A DNA stretch of 64,000 nt from Candidatus Doudnabacteria bacterium (GTDB lineage Bacteria > Patescibacteriota > Doudnabacteria > UBA920): NCBI GenBank assembly GCA_031291995.1, contig JARLHZ010000034.1, positions 78,915 through 142,914 of the forward strand, read 5' to 3'. The notes below the pieces were generated by a model. That model saw only the letters and a program-made list of their open reading frames with translations, searched no databases and was not told the origin of the DNA. The translations under genes and the position numbers were made by a program. Below are positions 9,138 to 19,458 of this stretch, one piece after another. Position 1 is the first letter of the stretch, and each line of letters opens with the position of its first letter.

Positions 9138-10853
9138 ATGCAAAAAAACGATTATTCCAATTTAAGCAAAGAAGAGCTCTTGAAAATAGTTGAGAAGCTT
9201 GAGTCTCGAAAAAAATACGGGTTAATTTGGGATGAGGAAAAAGTAAAAGAACAATTTGAAAAAGATGCCGAGAACGCGCTGCCTGTCTTAAAAGAAATAA
9301 GCAGTAAAGAAATCACTGATAAGGACTCGTCAAAGCCGGTAAATATTCTCATAGAGGGCGATAACTATCACGCCCTTTCGGTTTTAAATTTTACCCATCA
9401 GGGGAAAATAGACGTAATTTATATAGACCCACCATACAACACGGGAAATAAAACTTGGAAATACAACAACGATTATATCGAAAAAGAGGATTCCTACCGC
9501 CACAGTAAATGGCTCTCTTTCATGAATAAACGACTACGTTTGGCGAAAAATTTACTCAAAGAGGATGGTTTTATAGTAGTAACCATAGATGATTATGAAG
9601 TGTTTACTTTAGGTGTATTGTTGGATGAAATTTTTGGTGAGCAAAATCGTTTAGGGAATGTTGTTGTGATCAATAAGAAATCCGGCAGAACAACGGATAA
9701 ATTTTTTGCTACAAGCCATGAATATTACTTGTTTTATGCAAAAAATTCTGAATTTGCTAAAGTTGGAAATATGGCTGTATCTGGCGATCGCGCGGAAGAG
9801 TACACTTTTGAAGATAATATATCCAAATTTAAATATAGAGACTTTCTAAGAACTGGCGGATACTCGACTCCAGAGGAACGGCCTAATTCCTATTATCCAA
9901 TTTATTTTAATGAGCGAAAAAATATTATTTCCATTGAAAAAATTTCTGATAGCATAGAAATATGGCCGATTGATTCAAAGGGCGCAAAGAGGGTCTGGCG
10001 GAGAACACGGCCAACCCTCGTAGAAGATGTCAAAAAAGGAGACATCATAATCACAAAAAATGGAAACGGTAAATTTACGGTAAAAATTAAAGAACGGTTA
10101 AAAGAAGAAAGCAAACCAAAAACGGTTTGGGACAATCCCCAGTATGATGCGGCTAGCCACGGCACAAAATTACTTGAAAGTATACTGGGTGAATCAAGAG
10201 CTTTCGATTACCCCAAATCACTTTATGCAGTAAAAGACGCTATACGCCTCCTTCTTAACGATAAGGAGTCCCCGGTGATATTAGATTTTTTTGCCGGCTC
10301 TGGCACGACCGGACATGCTGTAATGGAATTAAATAAGGAAGATGATGGTAAGCGGGTTTTTATTTTATGTACCAATAATGAAAATAATATTTGTGACGAA
10401 GTTACACTGGAAAGGGTTAAAAAAGTTATCAGGGGTTATAAAAACAGGAGCGGCGAGCAGATTACTGGTCTTGGTGGTTCATTGAAATATTTCAAAACAA
10501 AGTTTGTAAAAAAATATTCCAACGGCGACGATTTTAAAACCCGTATAACTAACGAATGCACCGAGATGCTATGTTTACGCGAGGGCGTGTTTGATGAGAT
10601 TAAAAAAAACAATCATTATCGCATATTTCAACGTGGAAGCAAAACTCTCGCAGTTTATTATTCCCTTGCTCGGACTAGTTTACCAGACCTCAAAAAAATA
10701 CTTGAAAAAATTGAAGGCGAAAAAACGCTTTATTGTTTTACACTTGATCCGATAGGTCTCTCAAAATCTGAGTTTGTGGGTTGGCATGGCGTAACACTTG
10801 AGCCAATTCCGCAAAAAATATTAGATGTCTATAAACAAATCTATGAATATTGA
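9138..10853 (+). CDS. mod: Type III restriction-modification methyltransferase (Mod)
   Basis: IEGDN, IYIDPPYNTG before DFFAGSGTTG (beta-class order); overlaps a helicase/nuclease gene. Confidence 0.9.
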   Translation: MQKNDYSNLSKEELLKIVEKLESRKKYGLIWDEEKVKEQFEKDAENALPVLKEISSKEITDKDSSKPVNILIEGDNYHALSVLNFTHQGKIDVIYIDPPYNTGNKTWKYNNDYIEKEDSYRHSKWLSFMNKRLRLAKNLLKEDGFIVVTIDDYEVFTLGVLLDEIFGEQNRLGNVVVINKKSGRTTDKFFATSHEYYLFYAKNSEFAKVGNMAVSGDRAEEYTFEDNISKFKYRDFLRTGGYSTPEERPNSYYPIYFNERKNIISIEKISDSIEIWPIDSKGAKRVWRRTRPTLVEDVKKGDIIITKNGNGKFTVKIKERLKEESKPKTVWDNPQYDAASHGTKLLESILGESRAFDYPKSLYAVKDAIRLLLNDKESPVILDFFAGSGTTGHAVMELNKEDDGKRVFILCTNNENNICDEVTLERVKKVIRGYKNRSGEQITGLGGSLKYFKTKFVKKYSNGDDFKTRITNECTEMLCLREGVFDEIKKNNHYRIFQRGSKTLAVYYSLARTSLPDLKKILEKIEGEKTLYCFTLDPIGLSKSEFVGWHGVTLEPIPQKILDVYKQIYEY

Positions 10854-13188
10854 TCTTAAACCGTATCAAGAAAAAGCTGTTAACCAGCTCATAGAAACAA
10901 CGGTGAAGCTTTTGGATTATGACGGCCCGGGCGAAGTCTGTGTGTTCCAGGCCCCTACCGGCTCCGGCAAAACCATTATGCTTGCCAAGTATATTGAGGC
11001 TCTTATTAAAGAGCTTCCGAAAGACGATTTTTGTTTTGTCTGGATGAGCATCGGTAAAGGTGAACTGCACTTACAAAGCAAACATACACTGGAAAGGGTG
11101 TTCGCTGGATTTCCCCGAGTGACCCTGGTTGAAGATGCATTCAGTGGTGGACGAGAGCGAATTGTACAAAACGAAGTTGTGGTTGCAAATTGGGAAAAAC
11201 TACGAAACAAAGAACGCGAATCAGGTGACTGGAAAAATTTGGTAATGAAGGATGGCGAAAAACTGAATTTTCGGGACGTTCTTGAAAAAACTAGAGAACA
11301 AAGAAAGATTATACTCATTATCGACGAAAGCCATGTTAGTGCCGATACTAAACGGGCTAACGAACTTCGCGACTTGATTGGTGCCGACATAGTAGTGGAG
11401 ATGTCCGCTACTCCCCGCCGACCACAACAAGAATTAAATTTTACGCAAGAACTTGCGCGGGGTGGCGCCGGCTACGTTATTGTCGAGCCAAAAGACGTGA
11501 TTGATGAGGGAATGATTAAAAAAGAAATAATCATCAACGAAGATATCGAAAAAATTGCCGCTTCTGAGGAAGATTCTCAATCGGCCGTACTGGAAGCCGC
11601 GTATAGGAAACGATCGGAGCTAAAAAAGATGTTTGTCAAAGAAGGCTCGAACATTAATCCTCTGGTATTGGTGCAAATACCCACAGCTGAGGCCGGTGAG
11701 CAAAAGATTGAAGCGGTTAAAAAATTCCTTGATGAAAAAGGGATTAATGAACGTAAAAATGGCCACGGCAACGGTAAGTTGGCAATTTGGCTTTCCGAAC
11801 AAAAATCAGAACTTATTGATTGGATCGCCGAACCAGATAACGAAATTGAGTTCCTAATTTTTAAGCAGGCTATCGATACTGGCTGGGACTGTCCCCGCGC
11901 CCATATTCTTATTAAATTTCGCGAAACTCATAATATTGTGTTTGAAATCCAGACAGTCGGTCGCATTTTGCGTATGCCAGAACAGAGACACTATAATAAT
12001 GAAGCCCTCAATCGCGGTTATATCTATACCAACCTGAAGTCCATTGAAGTTAAGAAAGAAGAATATAATCCCAATATTATTAAGCATTTACGCGCCAGTC
12101 GTGTTGCCGGTTATAAACCGATTCAGATTGAATCGTATTACAAAGCCCGAGCAGATTATGGTGATGTTACGTCCAGTTTTCACCATGTGCTTGAAAAAAT
12201 TGCAGATCAATATTTTGGGACTTCCAGGAAAAACAGTTACGCGGAAAATGTTAAAAAGGTTGGATCTAAGGGTGTTGATTTAAATATAAAAAAATACCAG
12301 CAGGAGCTCATAGCGGATACCCATTTGGATGTAAAGAACTTTGACGAACTTGAAGGCAAGCTGGGTGCCGAAGGTTTTGCCAAACTCCAGGTCGCGGCCG
12401 ACGAGCTTATGGTCTTTTTTGAGCAGACAATAAAAAATAATCTTGGTCCCTTCAAAAACGTTAAACGTTCAGTGCCTGCGGTAAAGACCGCCATCTATAT
12501 TTGGTTCCGTGAAGTGCTTGGTTCGGAAAGTTGGGGTGAGAATGACTTGTTTATGGCGCAGAAGATTTTTTTGCATGACAAAAACCGCGGTTATTTCGAA
12601 CACATTCTTGCTACGGCCATAGATCGCTACAAGGCTGTTAAGGAGCAGGAAGTACGGGAACGCATTGAAGAAAGTGAGCAGCGGAATCCATTTGAGCTTC
12701 GCCCCGAGCAATTTTATAATGAATACACTGATGAAATTATAAAGTCTAAAAAGTATGCTTATGAGCCGTGCTATTTAAGCGTGGATCGTTCTAAGCCGGA
12801 ACGAGAATTTGAAAATTTTTTAAATGAACATTCTTCTCAGATTGACTGGTGGTGGAAGAATGGCGAAAACAAACAGGATTATTTTGGCATCAAATACGAA
12901 TACGTCGGCGGTATTTATACATTCTACCCCGATTACCTTGTAAAATTGGCTGATGGCCGCCTTGGGCTTTTTGAAGTTAAAGAAGCCGGTGACCGTGACG
13001 GTAAAACATACACCAAAGCTAAAGCCGAGGCTTTACAAAAATATATTTCCGGCCAAAAAAATAAGAAACTTTTTGGTGGTATTGTGATTGAAAGGAATAA
13101 GGCCTGGTATATAAATAATGGCAATACTTATCATTGGGAAAAATGCGAAGAAGATGACTGGAGCGATTGGAATATACTGAAAATATAG
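10843..13188 (+). CDS. res: Type III restriction endonuclease (Res), SF2 helicase + PD-(D/E)xK nuclease
   Basis: APTGSGKT, IIDESH, SAT, GWDCPRA, QTVGRILR and C-terminal YPDY...FEVK; ATG 10843 overlaps the mod 3' end (ORF track starts at 10825). Confidence 0.88.
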   Translation: MNIDLKPYQEKAVNQLIETTVKLLDYDGPGEVCVFQAPTGSGKTIMLAKYIEALIKELPKDDFCFVWMSIGKGELHLQSKHTLERVFAGFPRVTLVEDAFSGGRERIVQNEVVVANWEKLRNKERESGDWKNLVMKDGEKLNFRDVLEKTREQRKIILIIDESHVSADTKRANELRDLIGADIVVEMSATPRRPQQELNFTQELARGGAGYVIVEPKDVIDEGMIKKEIIINEDIEKIAASEEDSQSAVLEAAYRKRSELKKMFVKEGSNINPLVLVQIPTAEAGEQKIEAVKKFLDEKGINERKNGHGNGKLAIWLSEQKSELIDWIAEPDNEIEFLIFKQAIDTGWDCPRAHILIKFRETHNIVFEIQTVGRILRMPEQRHYNNEALNRGYIYTNLKSIEVKKEEYNPNIIKHLRASRVAGYKPIQIESYYKARADYGDVTSSFHHVLEKIADQYFGTSRKNSYAENVKKVGSKGVDLNIKKYQQELIADTHLDVKNFDELEGKLGAEGFAKLQVAADELMVFFEQTIKNNLGPFKNVKRSVPAVKTAIYIWFREVLGSESWGENDLFMAQKIFLHDKNRGYFEHILATAIDRYKAVKEQEVRERIEESEQRNPFELRPEQFYNEYTDEIIKSKKYAYEPCYLSVDRSKPEREFENFLNEHSSQIDWWWKNGENKQDYFGIKYEYVGGIYTFYPDYLVKLADGRLGLFEVKEAGDRDGKTYTKAKAEALQKYISGQKNKKLFGGIVIERNKAWYINNGNTYHWEKCEEDDWSDWNILKI

Positions 13189-13204
13189 GTAAGTAAAATA
13201 TTTT

Positions 13205-13231
13205 AAAACGCCCGGCAAAACCAGGCGTTTT
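13205..13231. terminator. Bidirectional intrinsic terminator
   Basis: AAAACGCC...GGCGTTTT hairpin between convergent ORFs. Confidence 0.65.
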
Positions 13232-13266
13232 AATTTATTGTAGTAAAGTTTTATTATTCCCGAGGA

Positions 13267-13656
13267 TTAAAACTCCAAGTCCAGCACGCATCCTTTGCCT
13301 TGTTCAAAAATCATAATGCCGCAGTATGGTTTGACATTGTCGCCAGACATGACTTGACCAATCATCAGAGTCGTTGCTTCTACCAAATCATCATGCGCTT
13401 CTGTCCCGAACCCAAGAATTTGCTGCATCAGCGCCTCCGCACCTTTTCTTGGGAAAAGTACCACGCCCTGCTTGATGTAATGACTGACGCCAATAAGCCG
13501 GTCTTCCTTGCTGTCGGATACGTTTATAGGCTCAACAGGATACTTGGCGTTAGTTAAAACTTCCGCCAGCACGCCCTGGTAGCCGTTGGATTCTATGCAT
13601 AATTTACTATGCCAGCCGCGGACCAATTGGTCAGAAAGCAGCTTTAGCCGATACAA
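13267..13656 (-). pseudogene. C-terminal nuclease-domain fragment of a phage terminase large subunit
   Basis: IESNGYQ, SKEDRL, G-V-FP and FG...HDDLVEA pattern; no ATPase domain and no clear start. Confidence 0.7.
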
Positions 13657-13798
13657 AGGGGTCAGGAGCCTTTTTTGATAATTAGTGAATTATTTTTTGT
13701 GGTATAATATTAAACTATGAATTCTTACAAAGAAGGGGATATTTATTATGGTTTTCGGGAGGGTGATGGCTTGTAGGATGCTTTAAAAATTTTAAAAT

Positions 13799-14479
13799 AT
13801 GGATAAACAATTTAAAGTTATAGATTTAACCCATACTCTTGCCGCTAATATTCCTTCCTGGGACGGGACCGGCGGGTTTGGGCTGGAGATTGATACGGAT
13901 TATAAGGATTGCGTGGCGCCGAATTTGTTTCGGACGCAGAAGATTGTTTCTAATGCAGGGATGGGTACGCACATGGACGCGCCGGCGCATGTTATACCCG
14001 GCGGCAGGACAATTGATCTTCTAAAATCTGATGAGTTAGTTGTCGATTGTATAGTGGTAGATGTTATTTCTAAATCCTACGATAATTATTTGGTAATGCC
14101 GGAAGTCATCGAAGAATTCGAAAAAGCTCATGACCAAATCCCGGCGGGAAGCTTTGTAATTTTTTATACCGGCTGGAGCAAGTTTTGGGAGACTCCAAAA
14201 AAATACCACAACGACCATAAATTTCCTGGCGTGCACTCATCGACTGCGGATATTTTAGTTACCCGAAACGTGGCGGGCGTGGGCATAGATACATTATCGT
14301 GCGATCGGGGAGACGCGGGGTTTCCAGTGCATCACGCCATTTTGGGTGCCAACAAATACCTGGTGGAAAATATTGCCAACGCAAACTTACTGCCGCCCAC
14401 CGGCGCGAAAATTTTGGTTTTGCCGATGAATATTAAAGATGCCACCGAAGCGCCTATCCGGTTAATCGCGTTGGTTTAA
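13799..14479 (+). CDS. Cyclase family (KynB-like) metal-dependent hydrolase
   Basis: IDLTH, GTHMDAPAH, GIDTLS, VENIAN and APIRLIA motifs. Confidence 0.88.
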   Translation: MDKQFKVIDLTHTLAANIPSWDGTGGFGLEIDTDYKDCVAPNLFRTQKIVSNAGMGTHMDAPAHVIPGGRTIDLLKSDELVVDCIVVDVISKSYDNYLVMPEVIEEFEKAHDQIPAGSFVIFYTGWSKFWETPKKYHNDHKFPGVHSSTADILVTRNVAGVGIDTLSCDRGDAGFPVHHAILGANKYLVENIANANLLPPTGAKILVLPMNIKDATEAPIRLIALV

Positions 14480-14744
14480 TATTGAACCCCGAATGGTGAC
14501 AGTGATTTTGGTTACAAATTTTTAATTTGATTTATCCACAAGCAAATATTCCCACTAAAGTCCCTATAATCGGGACTGTTTTTGTTTTTTGTAGCGGTTT
14601 GACAAAATGCTGTAAACTTTGCATAATTAAAATGCCAGGTTAAATTCAGGATAGAAATCAAAATTCTTATTATAGGCCAAAGAGCCAGTTATATGTAACT
14701 CTGGTAATTGTTTTGTAATTGGCAAGAAAAATAGAAAAAATAAA

Positions 14745-16601
14745 TTGCTAAAACAAATGATTCGGGGGCTGGGGGTCAGTAAAATTGACGGTCAAATAGC
14801 GCTGCTATATCGGGATTCCGAGGATTCCGGGAAAATTTTTGTCGCCAAAAGTTCGGACGGTTTTACTTTCGGCAAGGAGATTGACGCAGTTAGCATGGCA
14901 AAGAGCGCGGCTGTAAAATTTTCGGCCGAAACTGTAGGCAACATCCGCGCTGCCGACGGCGTGCGCGGTTTTTTTATAACTTTTACAGCCGAGCAAAATA
15001 AAAATTTGGGTTTGTATTCGGCCGCCGGCTCAACGCTCCTAAAATGGAAAAGTTTAAAACACGCGTCTAAATCCGTTTTGAGTTGGCCGGCGGCAATAGT
15101 CCCGGATTATGTTTTTGAGCGCCGAAAAATCGCCTACGTCGGGAACGAAAACATCCACATTGCCGCAGCCTCTTCAACCGGCGATTGGAAAATTAGCGGG
15201 CAAGCGCTGCTTACGCCCCGAAAGGATTTTTTTGACGACGGGTCGCTGACCGTGGGGCAGGCCAGACTAATTGACCAGGGAATTGTGGTAACTTATTTCA
15301 GCCGCCGGTCGTGGGACGGCCACTCGAGCCAGGCCATTGGCGCGGCGTTGTTTGATGCCAAAGATCCCGCCAAGCTTTTATGGCGCTCGTCGTATCCGCT
15401 ATGGGAACAGCCCGAAAGCTGGCAGGGCAAAAAACTTTATTTAATTGGCGAATGCGAACTGGATGATATTTTTTTGGTCTTTTGGGGCGACGAACAAACC
15501 GGGGAAATTTTTTGCGTAAAGTTTTCCGCCAAAAGCTTTCCCGAAGGCACGCGCTACGAGCCGAGGCACCATCCGCTGGCTTTAAAACGGCACGATAAAA
15601 ATCCCGTGCTAAAACCTAAACCCGAAAACGCTTGGGAAAGTAAGGCCGCGTTTAACCCAGCTGCTTTTTACGCCGAAGGCCGCGTGCATTTAATTTACCG
15701 CGCTATTGGCGACAGCGATATGTCGGTGTTCGGTTACGCTTCCAGCGGCGACGGCCTGCATTTTAACGAGCGTTTAAACCAGCCGATTTACGCGCCGCGA
15801 AAAAGTTTTGAGGGCGCGAGTTTGAACATGATAACTGACCGCGGCAACAGCCCGTTTATGTCCGGCGGCGGGGGCTGGGGCGGCTGTGAAGACCCGCGGG
15901 TCTCATTAATCGGCGACACTTTGTATATGACTTACGTCGCGTTCGACGGCGCCAATCCTCCGCGCGTGGCCTTAACTTCCATCGCCCTGCGGGATTTTTT
16001 AAATCATTACTGGCACTGGAAAGATCCGGTTTTGATTTCGCCCTACCTGCCCGGCGAAGGAAATAAAAACGCGTGCATTTTGCCGGAAACCATAAACGGA
16101 AAGTATGTGATTTTCCACCGGCTGTTTCCCGACATTTTACTTGATTATGTGGACGATTTGGAATTTGATGGGCAAAGCAAGTGGCTTTCGTCCGGACAGC
16201 ACCGCATAAAACCAAGCCGAAGCCACTGGGATTCGCGGAAAATCGGCGCCGGCGCAACGCCAATAAAGACTGACGAGGGATGGCTGATGATTTATCAGGC
16301 CGTAGGCTTCCAGAACCCCAGCCAATACAAAATCGGCGCCATGCTTTTGGATTTGGAACATCCGGAAAAAGTTATCGCGCGTTCCACTGTGCCGGTGCTT
16401 CAGCCGGAAGCCTGGTACGAGAACGAAGGGTGGAAGTACGGAGTGGTTTACCCGTGCGGCGCGGCTACGATAGGGGACGAATTGTTTGTTTATTATGGCG
16501 GTGCCGATACCTATACCTGCGCGGCTAAAACTTATTTGCCCGATTTTTTGCGACACCTCTTGCGCCACCAGCCTGCTCAGTTGAGTTCGGTAATATTATA
16601 A
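14745..16601 (+). CDS. GH130-family glycosidase/phosphorylase: degenerate N-terminal propeller + intact C-terminal propeller
   Basis: NPVLKP, AFNPAA, YRA, GCEDPR, KN, YHA-like YQA, VVYPCG and YYGGAD; start is TTG 14745 or ATG 14757. Confidence 0.85.
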   Translation: MLKQMIRGLGVSKIDGQIALLYRDSEDSGKIFVAKSSDGFTFGKEIDAVSMAKSAAVKFSAETVGNIRAADGVRGFFITFTAEQNKNLGLYSAAGSTLLKWKSLKHASKSVLSWPAAIVPDYVFERRKIAYVGNENIHIAAASSTGDWKISGQALLTPRKDFFDDGSLTVGQARLIDQGIVVTYFSRRSWDGHSSQAIGAALFDAKDPAKLLWRSSYPLWEQPESWQGKKLYLIGECELDDIFLVFWGDEQTGEIFCVKFSAKSFPEGTRYEPRHHPLALKRHDKNPVLKPKPENAWESKAAFNPAAFYAEGRVHLIYRAIGDSDMSVFGYASSGDGLHFNERLNQPIYAPRKSFEGASLNMITDRGNSPFMSGGGGWGGCEDPRVSLIGDTLYMTYVAFDGANPPRVALTSIALRDFLNHYWHWKDPVLISPYLPGEGNKNACILPETINGKYVIFHRLFPDILLDYVDDLEFDGQSKWLSSGQHRIKPSRSHWDSRKIGAGATPIKTDEGWLMIYQAVGFQNPSQYKIGAMLLDLEHPEKVIARSTVPVLQPEAWYENEGWKYGVVYPCGAATIGDELFVYYGGADTYTCAAKTYLPDFLRHLLRHQPAQLSSVIL

Positions 16602-16606
16602 ATTCC

Positions 16607-16633
16607 GGATTCCGGCTCGGAGGCCGGGATGAC
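16607..16633 (+). repeat. REP-like palindrome of the GATTCC...GGAATGAC class
   Basis: GGATTCCGGC-TCGGAG-GCCGGGATGAC between the two GH130 genes. Confidence 0.6.
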
Positions 16634-16675
16634 GGAAAGTCATTTTGAGATAACTTCATGTTATAATTATATTCT

Positions 16676-18568
16676 ATGCTCCAGGCCGAACGCTCAAAAA
16701 ATAATCCGCTCCTGTTACCGGACCCCAATCATCCCTGGGAAGCCGAGGCGGCTTTTAACGGCTGTCCGGTTAAGGACGGCGGGAATTACCATATGGTCTA
16801 CCGCGCGTTGTCCGGTCCGCATAACATAGGCGGAGTAAACTTAAAATTATCCACCGTCGGATGCGCGGATAGTCCGGATGGCGAGAGTTTCCATAGCCGC
16901 CGGCAATTAATTGTGCCGGAACAGTCCTGGGAAAAATTCGGCTGCGAAGATCCGCGCGTTACAAAAATAGGCAATGAATATTATATTTTTTACACCGCAT
17001 TGGGCGAATATCCGTTCCGCGCCTCTGGTATAAAAGTCGCTCTGGCCAAAAGTAAAGATTTAAAAAACATAAGCGACAAGTATTTAATTACGCCGTTTAA
17101 CGCCAAGGCTATGTCGCTGTTCCCGGAAAAAATAAACGACAAATTTATGGCGGTGTTTACCGCGCATACCGATTCGCCGCCGGCGAGGTTGTGTTTGGCC
17201 ACGTTTGAAAATGAGCAGGATATGTGGTCACCGGCATTTTGGGAAAAGTGGCAGGAAAACTTGGAAGATCATTCGTTGTTTATTAAACGGCGCATGCATG
17301 ACCACGCGGAAATTGGCGCGCCGCCCATCAAAACCAAAGACGGCTGGCTGTTGGTATTTTCTTACATCCAAAATTACCTGACCCCGCCGGCCACTTTTGG
17401 CATAGAAGCTGTCCTGCTGGATTTGGAAAACCCCTATAAAATTATCGGCCGCACCCTGGAGCCTTTTTTGGTGCCGCGCGAAAATTATGAATTGCACGGA
17501 CAGGTGCCGAACATTGTCTTTCCCAGCGGGGCGCTTTTGGAAGGCAATGAATTAAAAATTTATTACGGGGGCGCCGATACCAATTGCTGCGCGGCCAGCC
17601 TGGACGCGTCCGCCTTGCTTAAGCTTATGAAGCAAAACGGCGCGCCCATTGCCAAACTGCGCCGTTACGGCAATAATCCCATTTTGGCGCCCAATACCAA
17701 GCACGCCTGGGAAGATCGCGCCGTGTTTAATCCCGCCGCGCTGTATGATGACGGTAAAGTTCACCTGCTTTACCGCGCCATGGGGCTGGATAATACGTCC
17801 GTGTTCGGTTACGCGAAAAGTTACGACGGGTTTAAGTTTGACGATCGCTTTCCGGAGCCGGCCTATGTGCCCAGGGCCAAGTTTGAGCAAAAACTTAATG
17901 TTGGGGGGAATTCGGGATGCGAAGACCCGCGGCTGACCAAAATCAGTGAAACGATTTATGTTTGCTATACGGCTTACGACGGCAAAAATCCGCCGCGCGT
18001 CGCACTGTCATCGATTTCGGTTAAAGATTTTCTCGTCGGCGTTTGGCGGTGGTCGGAACCGGTGCTTATTTCGCCTCCGGGCGTGGACGATAAAGATGCC
18101 GCGCTGTTTCCGGAAAAAATTAACGGCAAGTTCGGCGTTCTGCACCGCATAGGGGAGTGTATTTTTTTGGATTTTGTCCCGGATTTTAATTTTGGCGGGG
18201 AAAAATGGCTGCAGGGAAATATATTAATGCGGCCGCGGCCGGGAATGTGGGACAGTATAAAAATCGGCACGGCCGCGCCGCCGCTTAAAACTCCCCGCGG
18301 TTGGCTCCTGCTTTACCATGGCGTGTCCGAACATCATAAATATCGCGTCGGCGCGGCGCTGCTGGATTTAAATAATCCCATGAAAGTTTTGGCGCGCACG
18401 GACGAACCGATATTTGAACCGGAAATGCCTTATGAAAAAAACGGCCAAATTCCCATGGTGGTTTTCCCCTGCGGCGCCGTGATAATCGATGATAAATTGT
18501 TCGTCTACTACGGCGGCGCGGATACGGTTATTGGCGTTGCCACGGCAAAGTTGGGGGAGATTATTTAG
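16676..18568 (+). CDS. Tandem two-domain GH130 glycosidase/phosphorylase
   Basis: Two complete sets of FN(G/P), YRA, GCEDPR, VFP(S/C)G and YYGGAD motifs. Confidence 0.88.
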   Translation: MLQAERSKNNPLLLPDPNHPWEAEAAFNGCPVKDGGNYHMVYRALSGPHNIGGVNLKLSTVGCADSPDGESFHSRRQLIVPEQSWEKFGCEDPRVTKIGNEYYIFYTALGEYPFRASGIKVALAKSKDLKNISDKYLITPFNAKAMSLFPEKINDKFMAVFTAHTDSPPARLCLATFENEQDMWSPAFWEKWQENLEDHSLFIKRRMHDHAEIGAPPIKTKDGWLLVFSYIQNYLTPPATFGIEAVLLDLENPYKIIGRTLEPFLVPRENYELHGQVPNIVFPSGALLEGNELKIYYGGADTNCCAASLDASALLKLMKQNGAPIAKLRRYGNNPILAPNTKHAWEDRAVFNPAALYDDGKVHLLYRAMGLDNTSVFGYAKSYDGFKFDDRFPEPAYVPRAKFEQKLNVGGNSGCEDPRLTKISETIYVCYTAYDGKNPPRVALSSISVKDFLVGVWRWSEPVLISPPGVDDKDAALFPEKINGKFGVLHRIGECIFLDFVPDFNFGGEKWLQGNILMRPRPGMWDSIKIGTAAPPLKTPRGWLLLYHGVSEHHKYRVGAALLDLNNPMKVLARTDEPIFEPEMPYEKNGQIPMVVFPCGAVIIDDKLFVYYGGADTVIGVATAKLGEII

Positions 18569-18571
18569 GGG

Positions 18572-18690
18572 CAAGTATGTAAGTAAACAAGTATGTAAGT
18601 ACGTAAGTACGTAAGTAAACAAGGATACAAGCGCGCCTTTGCTTACCATACTTGTATCCTCGCATACTTACCATACTTGTATCCTTGCCT
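18572..18690. repeat. Short tandem repeats arranged as an imperfect inverted pair
   Basis: CAAGTATGTAAGTA x2, CGTAAGTA x2 and CAAGGATACAAG, then CTTACCATACTTGTATCCT x2. Confidence 0.8.
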
Positions 18691-18731
18691 CCCGCATAAA
18701 CTAAACTATTTTTTTATGTTAAAATAAGATA

Positions 18732-19310
18732 ATGCACAAAGTTTGGCGAGTAATTAAGTGGATTATATTTTGCGTGGGGGGACTTCTGGCAATAGACTTG
18801 GCTATTGTCATATTTTTTGGCATTTATCGTCCGCAAATACAGCCCTCGGATGACATTATAGTGTTGGGCGCGGCGGTTAACACCCCTGCCGCGTTTAACC
18901 GCAGCCAGCAAGGCCTAAAACTCTATGAGGACGGCCTGGCTAAGGCGATTGTTGTGTCCGGCGGCATAGACTATCCGCGCGGCCAAAGCGAGGCCGAATA
19001 TATGAAGCAGGCCATACTTGCCAATACCGCCGTTAACCCGCCAATAATAGTAGAAGACAAATCTTACTCGACTTATGAAAATTTGGCGAATGCCCGAGCG
19101 TTAATTGGCGCTAATTCCAGTATAATAATTGTCAGTGATGATTACCATCTGGCGCGGGCCGTCCTGCTTGCCGAGCGCCTGGGTTTTAAAAAAGTCTATT
19201 GGAGCGCCCCCTCGTCGTCGTACTATTCTCACGACGAGTTGGCCTATTATTACTTTCGCGAAGTATTTGCGATTATAGACTATTTGCCGAAATTTGTAAC
19301 TGGCAGGTAA
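18732..19310 (+). CDS. YdcF/DUF218 (SanA/ElyC-like) protein
   Basis: N-terminal TM; IIVLG, VSGG, SEA, EDKSYSTYEN, SDDYHLAR and RE motifs. Confidence 0.9.
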   Translation: MHKVWRVIKWIIFCVGGLLAIDLAIVIFFGIYRPQIQPSDDIIVLGAAVNTPAAFNRSQQGLKLYEDGLAKAIVVSGGIDYPRGQSEAEYMKQAILANTAVNPPIIVEDKSYSTYENLANARALIGANSSIIIVSDDYHLARAVLLAERLGFKKVYWSAPSSSYYSHDELAYYYFREVFAIIDYLPKFVTGR

Positions 19311-19416
19311 AAGATCCGGAACTGCGGAAATGTTCCGGAACTACAGAAAACTACGGAATGCCAATTCATTTATATCACAATAGCCTTCTTTGTTGGCCTG
19401 CTCTCCGAGCCTGAAT

Positions 19417-19445
19417 TTGACGGATTTTGGGGGATTTGGTATAAT
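19417..19445 (+). promoter_or_regulatory. rplJL promoter
   Basis: TTGACG-17 nt-TATAAT with TG extension. Confidence 0.8.
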
Positions 19446-19458
19446 TTAGGCAAGTTAA

